From: an uncultured bacterium
GTDB lineage: Bacteria; Patescibacteriota; Minisyncoccia; UBA9983
Assembly: GCA_913009575.1 (NCBI GenBank)
Contig: CAJVWH010000001.1
Coordinates: forward strand, 1 to 57,091
Length of the DNA: 57,091 nt
Reading direction: 5' to 3'
Below the pieces are notes generated by a model, which worked only from the letters and a program-made list of their open reading frames with translations, was not told where the DNA came from and did not search any database. The position numbers and the translations under genes are program-made. Positions 35,513 to 44,455 of the stretch are shown here, piece by piece; positions within the stretch are counted from its first letter, which is position 1, and each line of letters opens with the position of its first letter.

Positions 35513-36640
35513 ATGAAAATATTATTTACAGGCGGAGGAACAGGCGGGCATTTTTATCCGATAATCGCGGTCATTGATGCTATAAACGCGATTATTGAAC
35601 GGGAAAAAATCATTAAGGCGGATTTTATTTTTATGTCCGAATTTTCTTACGATTCTCCTCTTTTACTTCAAAAAGGGGTGCGGTTTAAGAAAGTGTCATC
35701 AGGGAAAATAAGGAGATACTTTTCATTTTTAAATATAATAGATATATTTAAAATAATTTTAGGGGCAATGAAAGCAATCAGGAATATTTATTTTGATTTT
35801 CCGGATGTTGTATTCAGTAAAGGGGGATACTCCAGTTTCCCGGCGGTTTTTGCCGCACGTATTTTTCGAATTCCGCTTATGGTGCATGAATCTGATGTTG
35901 TCCCCGGCAAAGTAAATCGGTGGGCGGGGAAGTTCGCGGAAAAAATCGCCATTTCTTTTCCTCAGTCAGTCAAATATTTTTCCGAAAAAAAGACGGCACT
36001 GACGGGCAACCCCGTGCGAAGGGAGTTTTTTGTTCCGGCCAAACAAGGCGCAAGGGAATTTTTGGATTTGGAGGAAGGTGCTCCGATAATTTTAATCATC
36101 GGCGGTTCACAAGGGGCAAAAAAAATAAATGATACTATTATTGATGTTCTTCCTGAACTGGTAAAAAAATATCAGATTATCCACCAATGCGGGAAAAAGA
36201 ATTTAGCGGAATCCAAGGGCCGGTCTTCATTAATGCTTGAAGGGTCTAATTTTAAATCACGTTATCACATTTTTGATTATTTGAATTTAAGCGCTTTGCG
36301 TATGGCTTACGGAGTGTCCGATTTAGTCATTTCTCGTGCCGGATCAGGTTCAATTTTTGAAATTGCGACATCGGGATTGCCGAGTATTCTTATACCAATT
36401 TCTAATTCCGCTCAAGACCATCAGCGCAAAAACGCTTATGCTTACGCCAAGATTGGGGCGGCTGACGTTATAGAAGAAATTAACCTTAGTTCGCATCTTC
36501 TACATTCTGAAATAAAGCGTCTGTTTGAAGAAAAAGAAAAAATGTTTGCCATGGCGGAAGCCGCCCGAAAATTCGCGAAACCGGATGCAGCCGAAAAAAT
36601 CGCCCGGGAAATAATTAATCTCGTATTGGAACATGCCTGA
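35513..36640 (+). CDS. murG: UDP-N-acetylglucosamine--N-acetylmuramyl-(pentapeptide) pyrophosphoryl-undecaprenol GlcNAc transferase
   Basis: 375 aa. GGGTGGHFYP and GGSQGA, with a C-terminal SRAGSGSIFE...Q motif. Confidence 0.92.
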   Translation: MKILFTGGGTGGHFYPIIAVIDAINAIIEREKIIKADFIFMSEFSYDSPLLLQKGVRFKKVSSGKIRRYFSFLNIIDIFKIILGAMKAIRNIYFDFPDVVFSKGGYSSFPAVFAARIFRIPLMVHESDVVPGKVNRWAGKFAEKIAISFPQSVKYFSEKKTALTGNPVRREFFVPAKQGAREFLDLEEGAPIILIIGGSQGAKKINDTIIDVLPELVKKYQIIHQCGKKNLAESKGRSSLMLEGSNFKSRYHIFDYLNLSALRMAYGVSDLVISRAGSGSIFEIATSGLPSILIPISNSAQDHQRKNAYAYAKIGAADVIEEINLSSHLLHSEIKRLFEEKEKMFAMAEAARKFAKPDAAEKIAREIINLVLEHA

Positions 36641-37973
36641 TGAAAATAAAAAAATTAGAACGAGGTTTGCACCGTCACCGACCGGTGTTTTGCATGTCGG
36701 GGGGGCAAGAACAGCTCTTTTTAATTATTTATTTGCTAGACAAAACAGCGGTAAATTTATTTTGCGCATTGAAGATACGGATACAGAGAGGTCAAAAAAA
36801 GAATTTGAAAAAGATATTCTGAAAGGGCTTAAGTGGCTCAAACTGGATTATGATGAAATATATCATCAATCAAAACGCACCGATATTTATAAAAAATATC
36901 TGCAGAAAATGGTTGCCGGCGGCTTTGCGTACAAAGCTGAAGAAAACAAAGAGGGGACCGGAAAGATAATCCGTTTTAAAAATCCGAATATAAAAATAAA
37001 ATTCAACGATGAAATTCGCGGGGAGATTGAATTTAACACGACTGAGCTGGGAGATTTTGTCATTGCCAAAAATGAGGAAATTCCTTTATATCATTTGGCC
37101 GTCGTGGTAGATGATTTTGAGATGGGGATTAGCCATATTATCCGCGGAGAAGACGGGATTTCCAATACTCCGAGACAAATCCTGATTCAGGACGCGATTG
37201 GCGCTCTTCGTCCGGTATACGTGCATATACCGCTTATATTGGGCGCGGACCGTTCAAAACTCTCCAAACGGCATGGCGCAGTTTCTGTAAACGAATATTG
37301 TGAACAGGGATATCTTCCGGAAGCTCTTATTAATTTTATGGCTTTTTTGGGATGGAATCCGGGCGATGAACGGGAAATTTTCAGTATAAACGAATTGATA
37401 AAAGAGTTTTCATTGAAGAAAATCCAAAAAAGTGGAGCGATTTTTAATATTGACCGGCTGAATTGGATGAACAGCGAATACATAAAAAAAATGGACGCGG
37501 ATAATTTGGCGAAATTATGCCTGCCATATTTGAAAGATAAAATCCGGAATTCAAAAATTAAATTCGCAAACCAAGAGGAATACATCAAAAAAATTATAAA
37601 AATTGAACAGAAAAGAATAAATAAATTTTCTGAAGTGGGGGAGGGAGTGGATTATTTTTTTGAAAGGCCGAAATATGAAAAAGAAAAACTTCTATGGAAA
37701 GATGAAAATGATTTAAGTAAAACAAAATCACATTTGGAAAAAATAACGGAATTATTATCAGTATTGGATGAAAATAATTTTATGTCGCAAAATATTAAAG
37801 AAACGGTTTGGGGTTACGCCGAGGAACAGGGGAAGGGAAATGTTTTGTGGCCATTCAGAATGGCGCTTACGGGTATGGAGAGGTCGCCAGACCCATTCAC
37901 GATTGCTGAAGTTTTAGGAAAGGAGGAAACACTGAGTCGGCTGAAAATCGCCAAATTAAAGATTGAAGCTTAA
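36633..37973 (+). CDS. gltX: Glutamyl-tRNA synthetase
   Basis: 446 aa. RTRFAPSPTGVLHVGGARTA (HIGH) and KLSKRHG (KMSKS). Confidence 0.93.
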   Translation: MPDENKKIRTRFAPSPTGVLHVGGARTALFNYLFARQNSGKFILRIEDTDTERSKKEFEKDILKGLKWLKLDYDEIYHQSKRTDIYKKYLQKMVAGGFAYKAEENKEGTGKIIRFKNPNIKIKFNDEIRGEIEFNTTELGDFVIAKNEEIPLYHLAVVVDDFEMGISHIIRGEDGISNTPRQILIQDAIGALRPVYVHIPLILGADRSKLSKRHGAVSVNEYCEQGYLPEALINFMAFLGWNPGDEREIFSINELIKEFSLKKIQKSGAIFNIDRLNWMNSEYIKKMDADNLAKLCLPYLKDKIRNSKIKFANQEEYIKKIIKIEQKRINKFSEVGEGVDYFFERPKYEKEKLLWKDENDLSKTKSHLEKITELLSVLDENNFMSQNIKETVWGYAEEQGKGNVLWPFRMALTGMERSPDPFTIAEVLGKEETLSRLKIAKLKIEA

Positions 37974-37975
37974 AA

Positions 37976-39271
37976 ATGCGAAATTACGGCTTAAAATTAA
38001 AAATTTCAGGACTTTTGTTTGTAACGTTTTGTTCCTTGTTTTTTGTTTTTAATTTAAGCGGAGCGCACGCTTCGCGCATAGATAAATTAAAAAGCAAAAT
38101 CAATGAACATAACAGACAAATTGAACAAATTCAAAAGGAAATTTCTGAATACCAAAAACAGATTGATAAAAGCATGGGAGAGGCGGCGAGCTTAAAAAAC
38201 AAAATAAGACGTTTGGAATACACGAGAAAAAAATTAAATTCCGGCATATATCTTACCCAAAACCAAATTGGTGCGGCAGGGTTGAATATTGAGCGCCTTT
38301 CATTGGAGATATCCTTAAAGGAAAAAGAAATTAAGGGGAGCAGGATTTCAATGGCCGAAACAATTCGCAATATCAATGAAACCGAATCGCAATCAATTAT
38401 TGAAATTACTTTGGCGCATAACAAGTTTTCTGAATTTTTTAATGACTTGGAACGAATGGAAAGTTTCCAAAAAGAAATAAGCGTAAATTTAAACCAACTG
38501 AAAAAATTAAAACAAATACTTCAGAAAGAAAGCGATGAGAAAAAAGAGGAAAAAAATAATCTGGAAAATTTAAAATCCCGCCTGGTGGACCAAAGAATTA
38601 TTGTTGATGCGAATAAAACACGGAAAAGCCAGCTTTTCAGGGAAACAAAGAATCGAGAAAAAAATTACAGGAAACTTTTAGCGGACAGACTTACCAAACA
38701 AAAAGCGCTTCAAAAAGAAATAAATGAGTTTGAAGCGCAGCTTCAGATTGAGATTAACCCGAAATCGCTTCCTCCGGCGGGTTCGGGAGTTCTGAAGTGG
38801 CCCTTGGACAAGATTAAAATAACCCAATATTTCGGCAACACAAGGTTTGCCACCAAAAATCCGCAGATTTATAATGGAGGCGGGCATAATGGAGTTGATT
38901 TTAGGGCGAGTATGGGAACGCCGGTAAAATCAGCAAAGGAAGGGAAGATTGTGGGCGTTGGCAACACCGACAGGGCATGCAAGGGCGTTTCTTACGGTAA
39001 ATGGGTCTTAATCCAACATTCCAACAACCTTACGACTTTATACGCCCATTTATCCTTGATTAAGGTCTCAAAAGGACAAACTGTAAAAACGGGGCAAATA
39101 ATCGGCTACAGCGGCGATACCGGCTATACAACCGGGCCTCACCTTCATTTTAGTGTTTTTGCTTCGGCTGGAGTAAAGGTCAGGCAGATAAGAAGCCGTG
39201 TTTGCGGGACGATGATGACGTTGCCGGCGGCTCCTCATAACAGTTATCTTAACCCGTTATCTTATTTATAG
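37976..39271 (+). CDS. M23-family metallopeptidase with N-terminal coiled coil (EnvC-like)
   Basis: 431 aa. Signal/TM, a long coiled coil, and LytM motifs HNGVDF...YAHL...GDTGYTTGPHLHF. Confidence 0.88.
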   Translation: MRNYGLKLKISGLLFVTFCSLFFVFNLSGAHASRIDKLKSKINEHNRQIEQIQKEISEYQKQIDKSMGEAASLKNKIRRLEYTRKKLNSGIYLTQNQIGAAGLNIERLSLEISLKEKEIKGSRISMAETIRNINETESQSIIEITLAHNKFSEFFNDLERMESFQKEISVNLNQLKKLKQILQKESDEKKEEKNNLENLKSRLVDQRIIVDANKTRKSQLFRETKNREKNYRKLLADRLTKQKALQKEINEFEAQLQIEINPKSLPPAGSGVLKWPLDKIKITQYFGNTRFATKNPQIYNGGGHNGVDFRASMGTPVKSAKEGKIVGVGNTDRACKGVSYGKWVLIQHSNNLTTLYAHLSLIKVSKGQTVKTGQIIGYSGDTGYTTGPHLHFSVFASAGVKVRQIRSRVCGTMMTLPAAPHNSYLNPLSYL

Positions 39272-39305
39272 GTTATTTGCTTGTTTACAGATTATAGGTT
39301 TTTGA

Positions 39306-39311
39306 TATAAT
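39306..39311 (+). promoter_or_regulatory. -10 box (TGaTATAAT) 6 nt upstream of the ATG at 39318
   Basis: tttgatataat-aagaat-ATG. Leaderless geometry. Confidence 0.4.
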
Positions 39312-39317
39312 AAGAAT

Positions 39318-39524
39318 ATGCTGCGAATTATTATTTTTATAATTATAATCATAGCGGTCTTAAGTTATTTTAATATCAGCGTGCGTTCCGTCATCCAAAG
39401 TGATATCTTTCAAAATAACTTTTCTTATATTTGGGGCCATGTTCAATCGTTATGGAACAATGTTTTTATAGATTTACTTTGGAACCCAATTATCGGGAAT
39501 ATGAATAAAATTAAGGCCAATTGA
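39318..39524 (+). CDS. Small membrane protein (hypothetical)
   Basis: 68 aa. N-terminal TM (MLRIIIFIIIIIAVLSYF). A promoter lies upstream and a strong terminator downstream. Confidence 0.45.
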   Translation: MLRIIIFIIIIIAVLSYFNISVRSVIQSDIFQNNFSYIWGHVQSLWNNVFIDLLWNPIIGNMNKIKAN

Positions 39525-39535
39525 CAAGACAATAA

Positions 39536-39583
39536 AATAGTATGTCGCAAAAGGAACATTGTGCGACATACTATTTCATTTTT
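39536..39583 (+). terminator. Intrinsic terminator (14-bp stem AATAGTATGTCGCA/TGCGACATACTATT + T-tract)
   Basis: Perfect 14-bp arms and a 12-nt loop, followed by tcattttt. Confidence 0.7.
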
Positions 39584-39635
39584 AATTTATCCTCTACTCT
39601 TTTTATACGTTTCCATATTTACATTAATACTGAGA

Positions 39636-39845
39636 CAAAAATAGAGATCACCGTTAAAAGGGTGGTCTCTTAAAAAAGCATCGATTCATTTACAATGGGA
39701 ATTTCCCATTTCTTACGGGGGTTTGGTTAAACACCGCGCCACCCAGCGTCCCCTCCAAATAAGGAGCGAACCGGCCGTTTCCAGCCGCTTGTTTGCGGCA
39801 CAAGGTCGCTAAGCCGTGAATCAATTATTATTTCCTCTATTATCT
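39636..39845 (-). ncRNA. Candidate structured small RNA (alternative: 44-codon TTG-start ORF 39690..39824)
   Basis: GC-rich core in an AT-rich spacer. On the minus strand there are TTGACA boxes at 39891-39886 and 39879-39874. Nested helices, then a terminal hairpin GAGACCACC-cuuuuaac-GGUGAUCUC (39669-39644) followed by UAUUUUU. I recognised no known RNA family. Confidence 0.3.
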
Positions 39846-39925
39846 ACCCTTATTAGATTCTTTAGATATTTTTTGTCAAGGGGTCTGTCAATTAAACTTG
39901 TGGATAACTCATTATTTCAGTTAAA

Positions 39926-40144
39926 CTAAAGCCCTTTTTTGCCTTTAATCTGGCAATCCAAGCAATATTTTTTACCATCACCGGTTATAAGTTTTTTACC
40001 GCAAACGATACAAAATAAATCTTTATGCCTGGAACTTAAGATTTGATAAACTCTTTGCTTTGATACGCCCAGTATACCCCCTATTTCCTGGAATGTCATA
40101 CCTGCCTGCCTTAATTTTATAATTTTCTCTTTTCTGCTGTTCAT
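39926..40144 (-). CDS. Small DNA-binding protein: sigma70-region-4-like HTH + C-terminal zinc ribbon
   Basis: 72 aa. IIKLRQAGMTFQEIGGILGVSKQRVYQIL (HTH), then CIVCGKK...CLDCQ. Confidence 0.6.
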   Translation of the reverse strand: MNSRKEKIIKLRQAGMTFQEIGGILGVSKQRVYQILSSRHKDLFCIVCGKKLITGDGKKYCLDCQIKGKKGL

Positions 40145-40151
40145 TATTTTG

Positions 40152-40179
40152 ATTATACTTTTGTCAATAATTTAGTCAA
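40152..40179 (-). promoter_or_regulatory. Promoter of the HTH gene (TTGACT-N16-TATAAT), leaderless geometry
   Basis: On the minus strand: TTGACT (40179-40174), 16-nt spacer, TATAAT (40157-40152), then 7 nt to the ATG at 40144. Confidence 0.45.
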
Positions 40180-40185
40180 GTTATC

Positions 40186-40205
40186 GTTAAGTATCTGTTA
40201 AGTAT
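40186..40205. promoter_or_regulatory. Iteron-like direct repeat GTTAAGTAT-ct-GTTAAGTAT in the divergent control region
   Basis: Two exact 9-mers with an 11-nt period between the HTH gene and the PD-(D/E)XK nuclease gene. Confidence 0.4.
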
Positions 40206-40279
40206 TTTGTCAATCTTGCCGTAAATTTTACCGTGCAAATTTTAGTAAAATTTATTATTTTATGTTAATCTGACTGTAT

Positions 40280-41455
40280 ATGCGCACATCTTATTCAGCA
40301 CTAGATACATATAAAACTTGCCCGTTAAAATTCAAGTTCCAAAATCTTGATAAAGTTCGCGTTCCTAAGAACATTGAAATGATTTTCGGTTCAGTGGTTC
40401 ACTCCGCGCTCAAATATATGTTTGAGCGTGTGCCGCTCTATCCGACCATTGACGAAGTCGTTAATTTTTTTAGAAACAAGTGGGACGATAAAATGCAGGT
40501 TTTTCAGGGTGAAGGAGTTGAAGAAAAAAAGAAAATATACTATGAGGAAGGGATTTCAATACTTAAAAATTTTTACAAAAAAAATCAAGCGTGGAATTTC
40601 AACGTTGTTGACATGGAATCGCGTTTTGAAATTGAATTAGAAGACAAAAAGAACAAGGAAAAACATGTGTTAACCGGAATTATTGACCGCATTGACAAAA
40701 ATCCCAACGAAGATTTATACGAAATTATTGATTATAAGACATCAAAAAAAATGCCGGCACAGAATATTATTGACCATGACCTGCAAATGTCAATTTACCA
40801 TATGAGCCTGATTAAACGCTGGCCTCACCTCTCCCCCGACAAAATAAAATTAAGCCTTTATTACCTCAAGCATGGCGAAAAAATTTCAACTTTTCGTTCG
40901 GGAGAGCAAATGGAAAACAAAAAAAATGATGTTATCTCCACAATAAGGGAAGTACAAGACAGAATTTCCAACAATTATAATTTCCCTCCCACTCCGTCTC
41001 CCCTTTGCGGTTGGTGTGGATACAAGCAGATGTGTCCTATGTGGAAACATCTGTATCAATCTCAAATTTCAAGTGTCAAATCCCAAAAAGATATTGAACC
41101 GATAATTCAAAAATATTTTGAATTAAAAAACGAAAATCAAAAAAATAAAGAAAGAATTGATGAGTTAAAAACGATTATCAACGGATTTATGGAAGACCAG
41201 AAAATTCAAAGGGTTTTTGGGCAGGAAGGCTATATTACGAGAACCGTGAGAGAAAGCGTTTCGTATGACATGGAAAAAATTCGGGAAATTTTGGAGCCTG
41301 CCGGCAAATGGAATGAAATACTCTCACCCGACGAGAAAAAATTGGAAAAACTTCTCTCTTCCCTTCCGGATGGCATCCGGCAAAAAATCAGAGCCCTCAG
41401 TACTGTGAAAAATTTCTCCACTCTCACCTCCTCAAAAAGGAAAATAGAGAAATAA
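40280..41455 (+). CDS. PD-(D/E)XK superfamily nuclease (RecB/AddB/Cas4-like) with C-terminal Cys cluster and an extra C-terminal domain
   Basis: 391 aa. N-terminal C (YKTCPLKF), core GIIDRID...EIIDYKTSK...QMSIY, and the cluster CGWCGYKQMCP. Confidence 0.75.
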   Translation: MRTSYSALDTYKTCPLKFKFQNLDKVRVPKNIEMIFGSVVHSALKYMFERVPLYPTIDEVVNFFRNKWDDKMQVFQGEGVEEKKKIYYEEGISILKNFYKKNQAWNFNVVDMESRFEIELEDKKNKEKHVLTGIIDRIDKNPNEDLYEIIDYKTSKKMPAQNIIDHDLQMSIYHMSLIKRWPHLSPDKIKLSLYYLKHGEKISTFRSGEQMENKKNDVISTIREVQDRISNNYNFPPTPSPLCGWCGYKQMCPMWKHLYQSQISSVKSQKDIEPIIQKYFELKNENQKNKERIDELKTIINGFMEDQKIQRVFGQEGYITRTVRESVSYDMEKIREILEPAGKWNEILSPDEKKLEKLLSSLPDGIRQKIRALSTVKNFSTLTSSKRKIEK

Positions 41456-41504
41456 ATTCAAAAAATAAAACAGAAGTCAAAAAAGTAAAAATTTCTCCAC
41501 TTTT

Positions 41505-41553
41505 AAAAATGATACGGAAAATATGCTATCGCTTAATTTTCGTATCATTTTTT
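41505..41553 (+). repeat. Hairpin repeat R3
   Basis: aaaaatgatacggaaaatatGCTATCGCttaattttcgtatcatttttt, between convergent genes. Confidence 0.9.
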
Positions 41554-41581
41554 ATATTTATATTTGCAAAAGAATTAAAAT

Positions 41582-41974
41582 CTATTTCAATCCTTTGCAA
41601 TTTTTGGCGGGGGTATAGCCGGCGGATTCCGCCTCTTTTTTTGAAGAAAACCAGATTTTATTTGAATCCTTAATGCGCCGCGCGCCCGGGCACCAAGGAT
41701 AATGGTATTTTGCGCCGTTTTTGGAGGCGACGAACATTTTGTTCCCCAAGATTGAATCTTTTTCTTTGCCAGGCGCAGTGGCGCGAAATACCGCTTCTTG
41801 AACGCTTTCAACGGCAGCCGCGCCAAAATTCTCTATTTTAATGGGCGTTTTATTCTCTCTCATTTTGCTTAATCTGCCCAACCCAAAGCCGGTTAAAGCG
41901 GTCAACGCAATAATTATTGCCAATATAATATCTTTCTCGTATTCCTTGCAAAATTTTGTTATTTTTGATATCAT
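41582..41974 (-). CDS. Membrane-anchored protein with C-terminal Cys/His-containing Ada-like ('sunset'-type) domain
   Basis: 130 aa. TM helix, then KYHYPWCPGARRIKDSNKIWFSSKKEAESAGYTPAKNCKG (pattern YH-x3-C...F-x-S-x2-EA-x3-GY-x-P-x3-C). Confidence 0.5.
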   Translation of the reverse strand: MISKITKFCKEYEKDIILAIIIALTALTGFGLGRLSKMRENKTPIKIENFGAAAVESVQEAVFRATAPGKEKDSILGNKMFVASKNGAKYHYPWCPGARRIKDSNKIWFSSKKEAESAGYTPAKNCKGLK

Positions 41975-42010
41975 AATAATGTTAAAGATTTAGAGTAAAT
42001 TTAAAAAATT

Positions 42011-42283
42011 ATGGCACATAAAAAAGCGGGAGGTTCAACTAAAAATTTAAGGGATTCAAAACCCAAATATCTTGGAATAAAGCTTTACGGCGGACAGCAA
42101 GCTAAGTCCGGCTCCATTTTGGTACGTCAGCGCGGAACGAAAATTTTGGCTGGTGAAAATGTCAAAGTTGGCAATGATCATACTCTTTACGCTGTCAAGG
42201 CCGGTAAAGTCAAATTTTCTGAAAAAAGAAAAACAAAATTTGACGGTAAAAACAAGCGTTATAAAGTTGTAAGCGTACTCTAG
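42011..42283 (+). CDS. rpmA: 50S ribosomal protein L27
   Basis: [26 protein letters not shown].. is the canonical L27 N-terminus. Confidence 0.95.
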   Translation: MAHKKAGGSTKNLRDSKPKYLGIKLYGGQQAKSGSILVRQRGTKILAGENVKVGNDHTLYAVKAGKVKFSEKRKTKFDGKNKRYKVVSVL

Positions 42284-42291
42284 GAAGTATT

Positions 42292-43974
42292 TTACTTTTT
42301 ATTTTTTCTCTTAATCGCGGATTTAATGAATTCTTTGAATAGTGGATGTGGTTCAAGCGGACGCGATTTAAACTCCGGATGAAATTGCACACCTACAAAA
42401 AATGGGTGGTTTTTTAATTCAACGATTTCCACCAAGTCTCGCTCTCTATTGATTCCCATTGCTTCCAAACCGGCTTCTTTCAGTTTATCGCGAAATTCAT
42501 TATTAAGTTCATAACGGTGCCGGTGCCGCTCCAACACTGTTTTATCCCCATACGCTTTTCTGCTTATACTCCCCTTTTTGAGTTCACAGGGATAAGCGCC
42601 CAGCCTCATTGAACCGCCGTAATGCCGGTTTTTTATGTTAGTCTTTTGGTCTTCAGAAATGCCTATGATTGGGTACGACGTATCAGAATTTATTTCCGTG
42701 GAATTAGCGCCTTTTAATTTGGCGAGATTTCTCCCCACCTCAATCACTGCCAATTGCATTCCATAACACAACCCGAAATAAGGAATTTTTTCTTTTCTCG
42801 CAAAACCGATGGTTTTGATTTTTCCCTCCACTCCCCGTGAACCAAATCCTCCAGGAACCACGATACCGTCATATTCTTTTAATTCTTTCAGTTTCTTCGG
42901 GTCTTTTTCATACTGTTCCGAATCAATCCATTCTATGTTTGGCCAATATCCATTATGCCAAGCGGCGTGCTTTATTGCTTCAATTACCGAAATATACGAA
43001 TCCACCAAGACAAATTTCCCAGTGGCGAAATATTTGCCGATAATTCCGATATTGACGATTTTTTTATTTGAAAGATTATCCAGTCGCTTTATTTTTTTTA
43101 CAAAAGTATTCCATTTCAACGCTAACTTTTTATTTTTCATCGGCTTTTTTTCCATACCGCCTCTGCCATTGCGAAACATCTCAAATTTTTTGATAATTTT
43201 TTCCGCAAGCCCTTGTTTTTCAAAGTTCACCGGCACCTCGTAAATGGTTTCAATGTCCGGCGCGGAAATAACGTCATCTTGTTTGATATTGCAATTTATT
43301 GCGATTTTTTTCTTGCGCGGATCGTCCAGTGGCTTGCGCGAACGGGCAATGATAAAATCGGGCTGAATTCCGGCGGTATTTAACGTTCTTACGGCATATT
43401 GAGTAGGTTTTGTTTTCATCTCCCCCACTTTGTCGGGGATTGGGAGATAACTGACCATTACGAACATTACTTGGGCGGGATTGTTCAGTTTCATCATTCT
43501 GGCAGCTTCCAAAAAGAGAAGATTTTGATATTCCCCCACCGTCCCTCCCACTTCCACAAGTGTAAAATCGGCATTTGTTTTCTTAGCGGCAAACTCAATC
43601 CGCGAAATTACTTCTTTCGGAATATGCGGCACCACTTCAACGCATTTCCCTCCATACTCAAGATTTCTTTCTTTATGGATGACCGATTCATAAACCGCTC
43701 CGGTGGTCATATAATTAAAACGGTACATATCTTTATCCAAAAATCTTTCGTAGTTTCCCAAGTCTTGGTCCGATTCAAGTCCATCTTCAGTCACAAAAAC
43801 CTCACCGTGCTCAACCGGATTCATGGTGCCGGCGTCAACATTGATGTAGGGATCTATTTTTATTGCCGTAACTTTATATCCGTAATGTTGAAGAATCTTT
43901 CCGATGGAAGAAGTGGCCACGCCCTTCCCTACTCCTGACATCACTCCACCGACAATAAAAATATATTTAGCCAT
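42292..43974 (-). CDS. pyrG: CTP synthase
   Basis: 560 aa. [18 protein letters not shown], and a glutaminase domain with GLCYGMQ and HRHRYE. Confidence 0.95.
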   Translation of the reverse strand: MAKYIFIVGGVMSGVGKGVATSSIGKILQHYGYKVTAIKIDPYINVDAGTMNPVEHGEVFVTEDGLESDQDLGNYERFLDKDMYRFNYMTTGAVYESVIHKERNLEYGGKCVEVVPHIPKEVISRIEFAAKKTNADFTLVEVGGTVGEYQNLLFLEAARMMKLNNPAQVMFVMVSYLPIPDKVGEMKTKPTQYAVRTLNTAGIQPDFIIARSRKPLDDPRKKKIAINCNIKQDDVISAPDIETIYEVPVNFEKQGLAEKIIKKFEMFRNGRGGMEKKPMKNKKLALKWNTFVKKIKRLDNLSNKKIVNIGIIGKYFATGKFVLVDSYISVIEAIKHAAWHNGYWPNIEWIDSEQYEKDPKKLKELKEYDGIVVPGGFGSRGVEGKIKTIGFARKEKIPYFGLCYGMQLAVIEVGRNLAKLKGANSTEINSDTSYPIIGISEDQKTNIKNRHYGGSMRLGAYPCELKKGSISRKAYGDKTVLERHRHRYELNNEFRDKLKEAGLEAMGINRERDLVEIVELKNHPFFVGVQFHPEFKSRPLEPHPLFKEFIKSAIKRKNKK

Positions 43975-44411
43975 TATTCTTTTTTTGTTTTGACTTCTAA
44001 AATAAATTCTTTGTCTTTTACTTTTACTTTATGCTCCCCTGTTTCTTTTATCGGCTGCTCTAAATTAATCAAGTCTGCCGGAATATCAATATGTTTTTCT
44101 TGCTTCAATATCTTACTGATTTCCTCGCGGCGTATTCCGGCAAACAAATGCCCCTTTTCGTTCGCTTTTTCTTCAATGGAAATTTTAATGCCGTTTAATT
44201 CCTTAATATTCTTCCTGAGAATGTCTTGGTCTATTTTTTGTAATTGTTCCGTTTGTTTTCTCTTTATTTCAATTTCCTCAATTTTTTTTTCATTCGCTGT
44301 TTCCGCCAATTTTCGCGGAAAAAGAAAATTTCGCGCGTATCCGGCACTCACGTTCTTTACATCATATTTATTTCCCAAATTAGGTACATCCTGCAATAAA
44401 ATCACCTTCAT
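43974..44411 (-). CDS. rplI: 50S ribosomal protein L9
   Basis: [36 protein letters not shown] is the canonical L9 N-domain. Confidence 0.93.
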   Translation of the reverse strand: MKVILLQDVPNLGNKYDVKNVSAGYARNFLFPRKLAETANEKKIEEIEIKRKQTEQLQKIDQDILRKNIKELNGIKISIEEKANEKGHLFAGIRREEISKILKQEKHIDIPADLINLEQPIKETGEHKVKVKDKEFILEVKTKKE

Positions 44412-44455
44412 AATTTTTGTATTTTACTCATTTAAATTCATTTCGCGCTTCGGAT

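Noticed and set aside
39700-39830. Assignment of the GC-rich core to tmRNA, SRP RNA, RNase P RNA or a tRNA.
   Set aside because: There is no tRNA-like acceptor/T-arm end. There is no GGAA-tetraloop with the AGCAGC-type SRP domain IV motif. There is no GAGGAAAGUCC-type RNase P P4 sequence. Its identity is left open.
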